Shown in pieces: positions 14,069-26,439 of a stretch of DNA of 64,000 bases. The DNA lies in the NCBI RefSeq assembly GCF_033153115.1, contig NW_026889777.1, positions 13,082,001 through 13,146,000 on the forward strand. The letters run 5' to 3'. The notes beneath the pieces are model-generated. The model had not been told where the DNA came from and did not search any database. It saw nothing but the letters and a program-made list of their open reading frames with translations. Each line of letters begins with the position of its first letter. Position 1 is the first letter of the stretch. Source of the stretch: Saccostrea echinata (lineage: Eukaryota). The position numbers and the translations under genes are program-made.

Positions 14069-16838
14069 TAAGTTTCGATATGTAAAAATTCACTAACTTA
14101 GACGCTGCTGCCCCCCCCCCCCTTTTCATCTTTCATACACACTTTCTGTTGCTGTCAGGTAGAAATCGGGTAAATTCGAAAAGAAAAAAATTCCGACAAC
14201 TTAGAGAGCCCCCCCCCCCCAAAAAAAATAGAATTTCCAAAAACGTTGCTAGCTGTGGGCCTGATGAAGAATTTGTAGCAAACTTGCACGTAGAGAGATG
14301 GATACCATGCTTATTGTTTACAAACGCCGGGTACAGGTATATACTAGTAATTATACACGTACATGTACATCCCAATTTGCGTCTGTGTAAACAATAATAT
14401 ATATATATAGATATAGATATAGATATATACGGTATGACTGGGTAATTTTATCACATATCATTTTAGAAATAAAATCTTGAAGTACAACCCACGACTCAAT
14501 ACATTTTCTGTTCTGAAAATCGTTTATCTTTTCCTGATACATTACATAACATTCACACAGTATTTAACTAAAGACAATTTCAGCAATTTTTTTTATACGC
14601 CATAGTTTAACAATTAATACTATGGAACAATAAAATTATTTCAGTAATAAGTGCATCTCTCTCTCTCTCTCTCGTTGTAAACTACAGAAGTATTGATATG
14701 ACTTCGAAATTCCTTTAATATAGGGATAAATATTGTGTGGTATGTGATTATTCCGCGATGCTTTGGCTGACGTGTGGTTGATTACCAATTATTAAAGAAA
14801 ACCCAAAATCATTAAGAATTTTTATATCTATAAGAACGAAAAAAGGTAGAACTTTCTAAATCTAACAAAGGGGGTTCCGAAAGGTAACTTCCGAAAGATC
14901 ATACACATAAAGAAGAAAGCACCGCATATAATACTGTGTCTACATCATAACGAAATGCAAAATCTACCGCACGGAATGCTAACAGGACCGGACATAATAT
15001 TTAACGATCAGCATCATCATAATAACAGAAATACTACATATCATGATGAATATACTGTATATAATGTGAGAAGTACATAATATATTTTTGTGTTTACTGC
15101 ATATAATGTTAGATCTACCGCATATAATGTTAAAAGCACCTCATATAATGATAAAAACACCTCATATAATGATAGATGTACATAATATAATGACACATCT
15201 ACATCATATAATGAAAGAAGTACTGTATATAATAGAAGTTGCACACGATAAACTGTAAAAACTACTTCATATAATTAAAATAATACCACATATAATGAAG
15301 AGAACACTGCATATAATGTTTAATCCTCATATAAGACAGTCCCGGCGTTCCATATTAAACTGTGTCAGTTATTTAAATGCGGAGTCGGTAAATAAATCGG
15401 TTATTGTTTTAAATTTCTAATATCTTTGAAACGTGATTGATTTTAATTGTGTAATTTACAGGAAAGTCCTTCCTTTATATAAAGTAATAAAACAAATAGA
15501 AAGATCTTTTTAATTTTAGTTAGTCTGAACTTATAAAAAAAAAATACGCCATATATGACTTTAATGCAAAGAGTTCTATGTATTGAAATTATTTTTTTAG
15601 GTCCTGAAGATAAAGCCCCTCCGAGATGATGAGGTATTTGATAAGCTGGTGTCCGCGGTCCAGTACGCTATCGATACGGACGGATACCACTGGACATTTT
15701 GGAAGACGGGGGGAGGCTGGGGGGAGGTCCTCCGTAGATATAAACCTTACAAAAAGAAAGAAGGTAAGTACAGGTTAGTCCGAAATATCTGACGTTTTCC
15801 AAGCTTTTTTCACGATTTTGATATTTTACGTGCCAAGAAAACGTCAGAACCGGTACCATTACGAAAACTGGAAAATTTCACCGTCTCCAACCGGAGCTGA
15901 TTTTCGATACTTGCGAACTGAATTAAATGCCGAACTTACAATTTATCAGTAGCACAATGTTTCTAGTACTCACCAATATCGATGAAAAGACAATATCACT
16001 CCACATTTCGATACAGATCTTTAAAAAAAATGCACGAAATGAAAAGAAAACTCGAGGGTCTGATAAAATGTTTTCACCAGAATGTATATTTCATTTATAA
16101 ACAAACCCATAAAAACGATCGATGTTGGTGAGTACTAAAGGCATTGTACTATTATATAAGTAACTGTTGTGAATTCAGCATTTAATTCGGTTCGCAAGTA
16201 TCGAAAATCAACCCGAGAATGCTGCATCCAGTTGGAGGCGGCGAATTTCCAGTTTTCGTAATGGCGCCGGTTCTGACGTTTTCCTGGCACTTAAAATATC
16301 AAAGTCGTGAAAAAAAGCCTGGAAAACGTCGGATATTTCGGACAGGTCAGCTAGGAGAGGTCCTCCGCAAATAAAAGTTATAAAAAGAAATATGGTAGTA
16401 AGTACAGGTCAGCTAGGCGCTTATTTTAAACAACTATTGAAGATATGCGTGGGGATTTGCATTTGCACATCGATGTGTTCGCTTCAACAAATCTTGAACA
16501 AGGCAATTAAAATTCGTCATTCTTCTGATTTCTTTATGTTTAATTGATATTTTTTATTAGACAAAGACACTGGGAAGAAAAAGGCTGACGATGACGATGT
16601 AGAGCCTAGCGCAAAGAAGAAGAAACCTGCCTTGAAAAAGGAAGATTCGAAGCCAAAAGGGCGCGGACGAGGGGGAAAAGCAGCCGCGGCGGCAGCTAAA
16701 CCCGCGGGTAGAGGGGCTAAGAAAGCCGAGGAAGAGCCGAAAGCACCTGTGGGTAGAGGTCGGGGGCGTGGGCAGAAACGAAAGGCCGAAGATCCTGCAC
16801 CTGTGGGCCGGGGACGTGGAGGAAAAAAGAAGAAATAA
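9824..16838 (+). CDS. Non-canonical ubiquitin-conjugating enzyme (UBC/E2) with a large C-terminal domain and GRG/Lys-rich tail, ~657 aa
   Basis: Exons 9824-10936, 11052-11143, 11266-11431, 11986-12147, 15601-15763, 16561-16838; all introns GT-AG with frame maintained. UBC hallmarks: KRLMQDYEEL, NVFEWH, YPYDSP, catalytic KVCLNIF, GWSPGYTVQTILL. Confidence 0.88.
12400..15560. mobile_element. TTAA-flanked MITE (Kolobok-like, ~350 bp) split by a nested 2.8-kb insertion
   Basis: TTAA at 12396-12399 and 15561-15564. Ends agctatatatggcgtat / atacgccatatatgact. An uninterrupted copy lies inverted at 20229-20576. Confidence 0.85.
12548..15354. mobile_element. Non-autonomous DNA transposon with ~480-bp TIRs containing 21-bp tandem repeats; TATGG termini and 6-bp TSD (IS3EU-like)
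   Basis: 12548-13027 is the near-perfect reverse complement of ~14875-15354. TSD ttaaac at 12542-12547 and 15355-15360. The empty site in the 20229-20576 copy has a single ttaaac. Confidence 0.88.
15778..16343. mobile_element. Foldback MITE with ~205-225 bp inverted arms
   Basis: gtccgaaatatctgacgttttcc... / ...ggaaaacgtcggatatttcggac. Flanked by aggtta/aggtca, a possible 6-bp TSD. Confidence 0.85.
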
Positions 16839-19800
16839 TATTTAACAATTAAAGTACATGTATACAGAGTTATGTATTTAGGTTATTATATACTAAGTAC
16901 TCATTCGTCTGAATATATAGATGAGCCTTTGAAATGTAAACTGCGATGGACGCCTAAGTTGAAAAAAAGAGGTTTCCTATAGGATGTAGTAGTTTTTAGT
17001 ATTCCTCTGCTATTAGTTTGACAATGTTGTTTTGTTTTTGTTTTTGTTTGGTTTTTTTTTTTTTTTTTTGTAGCAAATTTGGAGTATATTTGTATTTATT
17101 TTTATCACCAAGATAATAAAATGTACATGGTAGCTTATGACAGTTTTATTTACGTTTCAGCTTGTAATGAATATCATGCGAGTCTTGCACCCATATGCAC
17201 AATGATGTTTAACATGTGCCATTTTTTGTAGTTAACTAAATAAAAATAAGCTCGTATATGCCTTATATATTTTTTCCCGAAATTAAATTTAGGGATAGGT
17301 TGTTGTAAGTAATTTCAAAAAATAATTTTCCCGACACACTACATGCCATATGAAAAGATTATCCAAATCAATCACCGTGCCTTAATGTCTGTGTGTTAAT
17401 TATGTTCCCCAAACGAACTCTTCTTTTTCTTCTTCTTTTCCTTACTTTTTTCCGCGAGAATTCTTGAAAATTATTCATCCGATTGAGATGAAACCTTTTT
17501 AGGATTAATAAGCATGTTGTGTAGGTGTTTGGAATGAAGGTCATTTTGTGTGCACATGCTTTCACGTGCGCGCGATGTGTGAAATTAGTGATATATTTGA
17601 AATAGCTTTAACTTTCTTATTTTTGATGAAATACTTTGACACTCAGTATATATGTATATAATATATAAGTGCTGTTGACAAGATGACGTAGATGAATTGG
17701 CACATGCGCTTTGCTCTGGTCGGCTGATACAAAAATCTTAATGCTAGTAAGAAAATCCAAGAATTAGAAAATATACTGAAATCCGATTGGCTAATACTCA
17801 TATGTCTTTGTTGGCGTTGTTTTCCGAAAAATACTTCGGAAAATGAAATGTAAATCTATAATACTTCTGAATTGGCTTATTTTACGAAGCTTGTAGGGAA
17901 TGGAGAACCAAAAAATGAAGTTGGGGGAGGGGGTGTTTGGGAAACAATTACAGTTACAATTAGCACTAGGTTAAATGATGACAAAATTCATTTTTCATTT
18001 GTGATAAGAAAATGTTGCAATGTTCAGTGTTGAATTTTGCCAGTGATGTAATTAGCTCAAAGTTTGGTTCTGAGAGTTACCACTAGTCATGCTTGCAAGG
18101 GATTCATCGTCAGATTTCCACAAATCATGCGCGGATCCATGTAGTATTTTTTTTCTAGGGTAAGAGGGAGAGGTCCACACCAGCTCAAAAATATCGAACT
18201 CAAATTTTTTTTTGGATAAGTAAAAGAAAAATTAAAGTGCACCTCCAACGGAAGGCACATGATACGCCCGTCAAATGTTTATTAATTATTATAATCAGAA
18301 GAGTGTTCATTGAAGAAAAACATGTCAACCTTGGTACAAAGATTTCAATGATTTTTTTTTTCCCATACCTAATATTGATTAGCATCTCATATATATTCCA
18401 TATATTTCATGCTTTAGTTATTAATAAGAACAAAAAGTACGCTGTACATATCTCGACTGATTGTGTTAAAGTTACACAAATGCCCAATCTGCAGCTTTGT
18501 TTATTGTATTTTTCTGAATGATGAACAATGCCCCAGCATATTAAAACGTCAAAATGCTAATCATTATGGTCATTATTAGACATTAAGACTGGCTCTTAAG
18601 TGTATCAATCTGTCATCATCACGAGAAATAGCCCTCTGCATTTTTTTTTTTTTTTTTTTTGAGATATAGAAACTAAAATAAAAATATTAGATTTTACAAT
18701 ATCAAATTAATTTTGATAACTTTTTACCAAATTATTTTTTAAATAAAGGCTAGCCATCAAGAACTGTTTTAATTTGACAGACACTATCAATTGCAATTAA
18801 CCGGTCAGATCCCTCTGCCCAATTCCAAAGAGGTATAGAAAACATCTGCTTGCTTGATCAAAGATGCTCTAACATAAATGATTAAGACAGTCTTCTTACA
18901 TTGAACTCAAAAATTCATCTTTAACTTGACAGACTCTTATCAAAATGTCTCACCATGGCTTACTTTCATGGGAAAAGTAAAATTTCTCGTTATTCCTAGA
19001 AACAATAGAAATACTAGTATTATATTTCATATATAAAGCTTTACAGTACATCATGAATAAAAGTGTATTTTCTTGATGTAAAATTTATGAATAAGGTTAC
19101 TGCAATACTCTTACATGGTGCAACACACTTCTACATAACATGCATTAACTGGCTAAGTTTGCTGATTCTAAGTCTAATAGTTTTTCAGTTACGAGTCGGG
19201 CAGGGTTTTTGTCATATTTGGCCATCTCATATAATCTTCAATAAAAGTCACGGTGGCCTAGTTTTAATGCGCGACACACTTTCCTTCTACCCGAGATGTA
19301 TCAGCTTACAAAATTTGATTATGATATTCTAGGCCTCATAGTACACGTATTTAAGTTCGGAGCCAGATATGAAATAGTTAGCAGTCGGGCGAACAGGAAT
19401 TTCATACCATAAAACGACATGTCTTAAGACAGGTGTGTTAAAATTATAAGCGCACAAACAGCTTGCATAAACCCAATAATTTTTTTTTTCGGTGTGTGTG
19501 TTGGGGGGGGGGGGGGAGGGGGTCTCTTTACTTCATATGTACATATACTACATGTAATGTGTTGCTCTCGATCGATCCTTACCCCACTATTTTTAGGGAG
19601 GGTGTCCGTTCGTTTCCAAGTGTGTGTGTGTGGGGGGGGGGGGGGGTTAAGGTCATTTTTGGTTGCTTTGCATAGAAATTTAATAACTATTTTCATTCAT
19701 CACCCGGTAACGAGTGAGAAGAGACGAGATCCTACTATGTATAGGATCCTCTATCTCTCTGTTTTAATGTAATTCCTCAAGGAGGTATACCGCAATAAAT

Positions 19801-20228
19801 GTTTATTTTCAATTTCATGGATGAAAGGAATTTCTTTCGACATATGATTTCATCATTAAAGATATACATGTACTAAGCTCTTATTATTTTTAAATTATTT
19901 ATTTATTTATTTTTATTATGATTACTTTTAATTGTTTTTTTTTTTTAATTTTTTAAATTTTTTGTCTATTTTTTTTTTCGAGAAAATATTTTAAAAAAAG
20001 GGGTTTTTTTTGTTGCAAATAAGACATTTAGATGCTCAGGGCTAAGCCCGTTAAATGACTCCAAATTCTTCAATCGTACCCAGTTATGGATACGAAGAGT
20101 TTGGGGTCAAAACGGGCTTAGCCCCTGTGTTTAGGTGCTTAAAATTTGTTGCATATAAATGCATAATATCAACATCTCATAAAACATGCCAAGAAAAGTC
20201 AGGTAAACATTTTAATTTTTTTTCTTAA

Positions 20229-20576
20229 AGTCATATAATGCGTATTTTTGATAAGTTCAGACTAACTAAAATTAAAAAGATCTTTCTATTTGTTTTATTA
20301 CTTTGTATAAAGATAGGACTTTCCTGTAAATGACACAATTTAAATCAATCGCATTTCATAGATATTAGAAATTTAAAACAATAACCGATTTATTTACCGA
20401 CTCCGCATTTAAATATCATACACAGTTTAAAGTCAATTTAACAATAGAAACGTAGGGTTATTCAAGTTCAAAATCGGTGAAAATTTTTAATTTGAACGTA
20501 AATAACAAATATCATGTTCATCTACACTCAATCTCATATTTTTATTTTTTCTAGCTCAGATACGCAATATAAAGCT
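20229..20576. mobile_element. TTAA-flanked MITE (Kolobok-like), intact copy
   Basis: TTAA on both sides. Reverse complement of the split element at 12400-12547 plus 15361-15560. Confidence 0.85.
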
Positions 20577-20966
20577 TTAAACAATTTTCCCTACTATGAA
20601 AAGCGAAATAATTTTTTAATTTTTTTTCAATCTTCAAGAAACGTTTTATTTATAGGAAAGAAATATTAAGAAATCAAATTTTAAAAGGAATTGAAATGAA
20701 ATCAAATTGCAAAATAGAAGAAAAAATTGCTAGCCATTCATTTAAAGGTACGGTTTGTGCGTGTCTAACAAATGGAACACGGGAGGTAACTCCTTAGCGA
20801 AGTTATCTGGATCATCTAGAGTTACGTGGCATGTTTGATGACGTACTTCCTGGTTACATGTAACTACGGAACATATTTATACTGCTGCCGTGTTGTCAAC
20901 CAGTTGACAGGCAGAAAATAGGGACTGTTTTATTGTTTATATCACTTAAGCAGTATTCATATCACA

Positions 20967-22632
20967 ATGTTTGATGAAGCAAGCATCTATAACCTTATTC
21001 CTACAGAGGAAGAGAAGAAAATTAAACAGCCAAGGTAATACAAAGAAAAATATTTTTCGTTTCTGTAAATCTCATAGCTTTGTGCACCACGTAAACGGTA
21101 ATTGTGAGTTTTTCGTCGCATAAATGATAAAATGTATATAGGTAAAACTTGCGAATATATCTATACGAACCTATAGGTATTTTATTCAGAAAGAGCTTAA
21201 ATGTTAAAATATTGCATGTGTACCAACTGCTGAAAATGATTTCGACATGCAATTATCTCCGAGTTAGAATTTTTTTTTAAACATCTATTAATTTTATCTA
21301 TGCATACTTTGGGGAAACAAACCCTTCTAAGTTATCATGTGATTGTACAATCTGCATTCTAAATGACTCTTCAGTATTATTCAATTTAGAGAGTTCTGAA
21401 ATGCACAAACTCGCCTCAATAAAGTCAAATCAAACTTTTAATGTAACTAAGAATTGCCACTATAGATCCCAGTGCATAGTAATCATGTGAATATTGTTTA
21501 TCTTTATGAATCAGGTACAATTCAAAGTTCCGTGATACAGTGAAACAGGAATATGCCTCAGGTCGAGGAGACCATAAGACCATGGGTCAGGCCAAGGTAC
21601 CAGTCCCAACTACAGATGATTTCCTAAAGAAACGTTCCAAGGATATCATTCTACCTAAAGGTATACATGTATTTAATTCATATAGTGCGTCTTTATACAG
21701 GCTTGCAAATCAATTCATTAAAATAACAAGTTATAGACTAGGAATTAATGCATGTACACTTATGGGAAATTTACAGAAATCTTGTTCAATTTCTAATAAA
21801 TATACAGGTACTTGTAATATTATAATGATATAGAAAACTTTCAGTGCAGATGGAAATAAGAATATAATGCTAGTACCAAATACATGAATAATCGTAATAC
21901 TTTTGTTTCTGAACAGATCTTCCCCCAGATCAACAGTTCCATTATCCCGATGAAAATAGAAGGAGGCCCCCTGTTCCAAAGGTGGATGATAAGCCCCTCA
22001 TGGGTCTAAAAACCTCCAAAAACTTCATCACAACAAACGCTGTTCAAAACATAACATCCGTTCCCAAACAACCACAGAAGGTATATGTAGACACAAGAGG
22101 TGGTCACAAAAACTTGCTGGAGCCATCTGGCTTAGAACCTGTCTATACGAATAAGAAGGTAAGAACTAGGAAACATGTTTCTTTCAGTTTAGTTCTGTAT
22201 CAAAGGTGCTATGCTTTGTTCTCTTCTAAATATCATATTTTAATATACAATGTCTACAAAAATTTTCTGCTGTAAAATGAAGAAAATTTTTAATTTTGAT
22301 ATGATCCTAAATAGGACTTTGGAGAAACACCGAAATACCTGACCAAAAGAAAGGAAGAAATGAAGAAAGCACAAGAGGAATATGATGCTTATGTAGCCGA
22401 ACATTTCAGACGTGGGGCCATGAAATCTCTATCTCAAGAAGAGAGGGCAGCTATACTCAAGGGACTTAAACAAAACTGGGAAGAGATTCATGACCAGTAT
22501 CAAGGATTATCAGTGGTTCCCGACACAGCACCCAAGAAGAACAGGAAAGAACGAATGGAGGCAGAAATGAAACAGCTAGAAAGAGACATTGAAACAATTG
22601 AAAGGCACAAAATCATCTACATAGCTAACTAA
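20967..22632 (+). CDS. ENKUR: Enkurin (ciliary microtubule inner protein), ~257 aa
   Basis: Exons 20967-21034, 21515-21660, 21917-22158, 22315-22632. Motifs SIYNLIP, KTMGQAKVPVP, KNFITTNA, LEPSGLEPVY, GLKQNWEEIH and a C-terminal HKIIYIAN match enkurin. Confidence 0.95.
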
Positions 22633-24304
22633 AAAACAGTGTTCTGTGTCTTTTGATATCTGAAATTTTCTATATATATATTATTTTATTGAAGACTAAA
22701 TTTATCAATTGAGGAAAAACTGTGAAAACTTTAGTCAAACACCATATATACTTCATGCAGAAAATCTACAAAATGGATTACGTGTACTTTAATGCTTTAA
22801 ACTGGAAAATCTGAATTATGTTGAAAAGCAATTTTCTCCTCAATATATTTGAACATATATATAATACACTTGATATCAACTTCTCATCATAATTCAGGAT
22901 TTCCTTGAAAACAGAACACATGTGTATTGTTAATTTTATGAGATACTGAGTGCAGGAGAGAATTCATCATTATGTTCATGTTGAATGGATATAGTAAATA
23001 AATAAAATCAACAGTCTCATGGTTTAATTTTTGAGAGAGAAGAAATACTAAGTACAATTCCATCATTCATGTTTGTGCATGGTTATTATGTTATTATTCT
23101 AAACAAAATGTTCCGAGTATCCAAATTTTTAAGCAAATGTTATATGCTTGCCACCTCTGAAAAGTGTTGCTAAATTTTAACAAAGTGTATGACTTAGTTT
23201 GATCCCATTTCAAAATTATTGCAAACAAGCAGATCCACTTGTATAAAAAGTGCTATCTGCGTGACATAAGTGATTATTGGGCATTTTAAAATGAATCTGA
23301 AATTTTATCTCTCGATCTTTACATGTGGTAGCAGCATAAAATGGAGGACTGGAAAGCTTGTAACTTAAAGGACCAGCAATCAATAGGTCAGGTCATTAGT
23401 CCGCAATTCATGACAAGAGTAACACTTGATTCTGACAGCTTTTAAAATGAAGCAATTGGTCGACACTATTCAGAGATGTAAAATGGATATCCCCCCTTTT
23501 TTTTTGTCATCCGATTGAAAGAAGCAGCATTTAGTTCAATAGTATTTTGATAGAATATTTGTATCAATTTAATTTTTCATTCAAAGTTTCACAATAATGG
23601 GATTTTAAGTGACAAAAAGTTGTAGAATTTTGAATATCATAGAGAGTTTACAATTTCTTAGTATTTCAAAAATTTATTATTTGCATAATTTATAACCAAA
23701 ATAGTTCCAAAATTTATACCAATCCAGGCATCTATCGTTTGTTTATATCATATGTGCTTAATATTATTTCACACATAAACTGGATCAATTATAAATTCAA
23801 TCAAAATGAAATAGTCATACAGCTTAAATGCAAAGGTAAATGTCAGAAACCTACAGAAATCCATTTCTGCAGTAATTGTAGACACCTCAGAATACAAACT
23901 GGGAGCATATCAAATCATATTCTTCCACTCTTAGCTTTGCTTTTTTCAGATTTTGAAGAACTGTACAAAAAGATTTCTTTCTTTAGAAATATATGTTGTT
24001 AGTGATCATGGTAATTGGCATACCAGATCTTAGTAACTCTCAAGATGGAGAAATTTCTATCTACCGGTATTAATATTTATTGATTTTTCTACTGAGAAAT
24101 TTTGAAAAAACTCAACAGGATCTTTGATGTCTGTTTTTTATTGCACACGGTTTTTAACATGCAAAATTATTTTAATTACACATAAAAAATTTTATACACA
24201 CTATCAAATTCAATCTACAATTTATATTACAAATGTATTAAGAGTGTGAATGATTTACACCACCACTCAGATTATTGCATGACTTAATGGAAATAATGAC
24301 CAGG

Positions 24305-24307
<3 letters not shown>

Positions 24308-24371
<64 letters not shown>
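24308..24371. repeat. (TA)n microsatellite
   Basis: About 32 TA units. Confidence 0.97.
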
Positions 24372-24375
<4 letters not shown>

Positions 24376-24577
24376 ATTAAAAATAACAAGGCAACAATGT
24401 TAGTAAAACGTAAGCGCTTTCATTATACTTCTTCAGACGTTTTACAATGATGATCATCAGGTAGCGTTATAACGTCACATGTTTGAATTGTTTTGAATTG
24501 TAAAACGTCTGAAGAAGTATAATGAAAGCGCTTACGTTTTACTAACATTGTTGCCTTGTTATTTTTCATTTTCATAT
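24368..24577. mobile_element. Inverted repeat, probable Penelope-like element pLTR remnant
   Basis: About 80-bp near-perfect arms (24368-24448 / 24497-24577) next to (TA)n tracts. Each arm has a hammerhead core. Confidence 0.6.
24500..24542 (+). ncRNA. Minimal type I hammerhead ribozyme motif (mirror copy at 24403-24445 on -)
   Basis: gtaaaacgt-CTGAAGA-agtataat-GAA-AGCGCT-T-acgttttac: 9-bp stem I, CUGANGA and GAAA boxes, palindromic stem III. Confidence 0.6.
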
Positions 24578-25032
24578 TAATTACCGGACACTGTGATATT
24601 TCTTTTCATTTTTTGGATATATATATATATATATACATAACATGTACATCACATTTTGGCCCAATCAAGAGTAACTGCTTCCTAAAGTACTGTACTTCAG
24701 TACTTCAATTATTCCCTAAAATTATTGCACATTTCAGCTACATGATACCTTTTTACTAGATAACTATTCAGTTTTAAAGAAATTGTTAATAACCATAAAT
24801 ATAAACTAACACCCCCCCCCCCCCAATAGTTTTTAATCAAGTTCAATAAAATCAAATCTCACTTATACAAGTAATTTCATGTCTTGAGAGGATTTTCACC
24901 ACATTACAATATGAACCAGGTAGCAAACTCAAATAGTCAGAGTGTTATCTATAAATGTATTAAAGATCCTAAATTTAAAAGCTTGGCACCTACATGTAGT
25001 AATGATATACACAACACTTTAAAGAGTTTACA

Positions 25033-25820
25033 CAGGTCGAGACCACTAGATTTTCTGATGTCAGCATAAATCTGCATGTAAATTAGCTATCTGTTCACTT
25101 GACCGACTGTTGAATGAGTCGCAATGCATTATGGGCTACTACAAGTGTCAATATGAACTCAGTCGTGTTGAAAATAAAGGGCAACTTGAATTGTCCCTTG
25201 GAAACTCATTTTTAATTCTTTTTTGATATTTATGAAAGAAATATTGAAAATGATGTACAATTTTTCATTTCTATGCTCACATTTACAAAATTTGCTTTAT
25301 GAAGCCTTATATCAACTTGTAATACATCGGCATAAAGTATTGTTCAAAGTGACGTAGGTGCTATTGTGTCGATAACTGAGTGTGTTTTTTTTTTTTCATG
25401 TGATATACATGTACATAGTTTTAGACAGCAGTACAAGGTGTGCAATTATTATTTAATTCCTCAATATCATTGAAATGTTTTTATGTACAAACGTCAAAGC
25501 ACTTGTGCCGTATTTGAAGCAATATTAATCATCTAAAACAACTCCAATATTAAATGTGAGCATGGAACAGTGCCTTTGGAATACATGTATAATCTTTCAA
25601 TTTCAGTCTTATAAAGTAAAAAAGAAGCTGTACGGTGTTTCTGGTGACCAAGTAAATATTATACAGTAATCTGACGAAAACCAGATGTCGCTGTTGAATC
25701 GTAAACATATAGTAGACCGTCATGCTTTGCGATTCATTCAATCGATTGGAGAAAGGGTTTGACGAAAACATCATCACGTGTTGAAAAGTGCCTTCCATAA
25801 AAGGTAGTGTACCCGACCTG
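25033..25820. mobile_element. Non-autonomous DNA transposon with 5-bp TSD
   Basis: TSD ttaca at 25028-25032 and 25821-25825. TIR caggtcgagaccacta / tagtgtacccgacctg. Confidence 0.7.
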
Positions 25821-26439
25821 TTACATGATGCAAAAGCATAAATGCACGACTTTCATTTTATTGGCAAATATTTGGAAATACAGCCCACCTACCTCAGCTA
25901 TATTACTGTACCAGTTATATTGTAAAGTTACTAAAATTAGCCCACTTAAAATTAGAGCAGTATTCCTAGAGATCTGATAAGCACCATCATAAATTAGTAA
26001 ACTTGGAGCCAAACTTTTATATGTATTTGTTTTAGTCATCTTGAGGCATTAGCATGATTTTGATTAAGCAGCGAGAAGGAGCTAAATGTGATTACCACTA
26101 AATTAAGTTCATTTACAGTGTGTCCTTGTCTCTGATAACAAGTTTGTTGGGTACACCAGCCTTACTACTACAAGAATATCATTCCTGAGATTATTTTCTG
26201 CATTCAATAACATGTCTATACAAAATGGCTGAATTCTTCAATGAATATATATACCATTTATATTGTATATAACCTAATTATTTCAGATGTGGGTTTTTTT
26301 TTAAATTGCTTTTGCCACAGAACTTTCAGATAAGTAACAAATAAGATAAAGTCTGATGTACAGTTTCAGCAATCGTTGCTACCATGAAGCAGGACTTATA
26401 AAGCATTGAGAATGAACTGGATTTGATCCAGCTGAATTG

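Noticed and set aside
12658-15244. Twin 67-aa ORFs MQL(P/L)LYTVLLSLY... on opposite strands
   Set aside because: They are translations of the 21-bp repeats in the two TIRs of one transposon.
20853-20864. gttacatgtaac as an RFX X-box upstream of ENKUR
   Set aside because: It is two bases shorter than the consensus and built on TACATGTA, which is common throughout this window.
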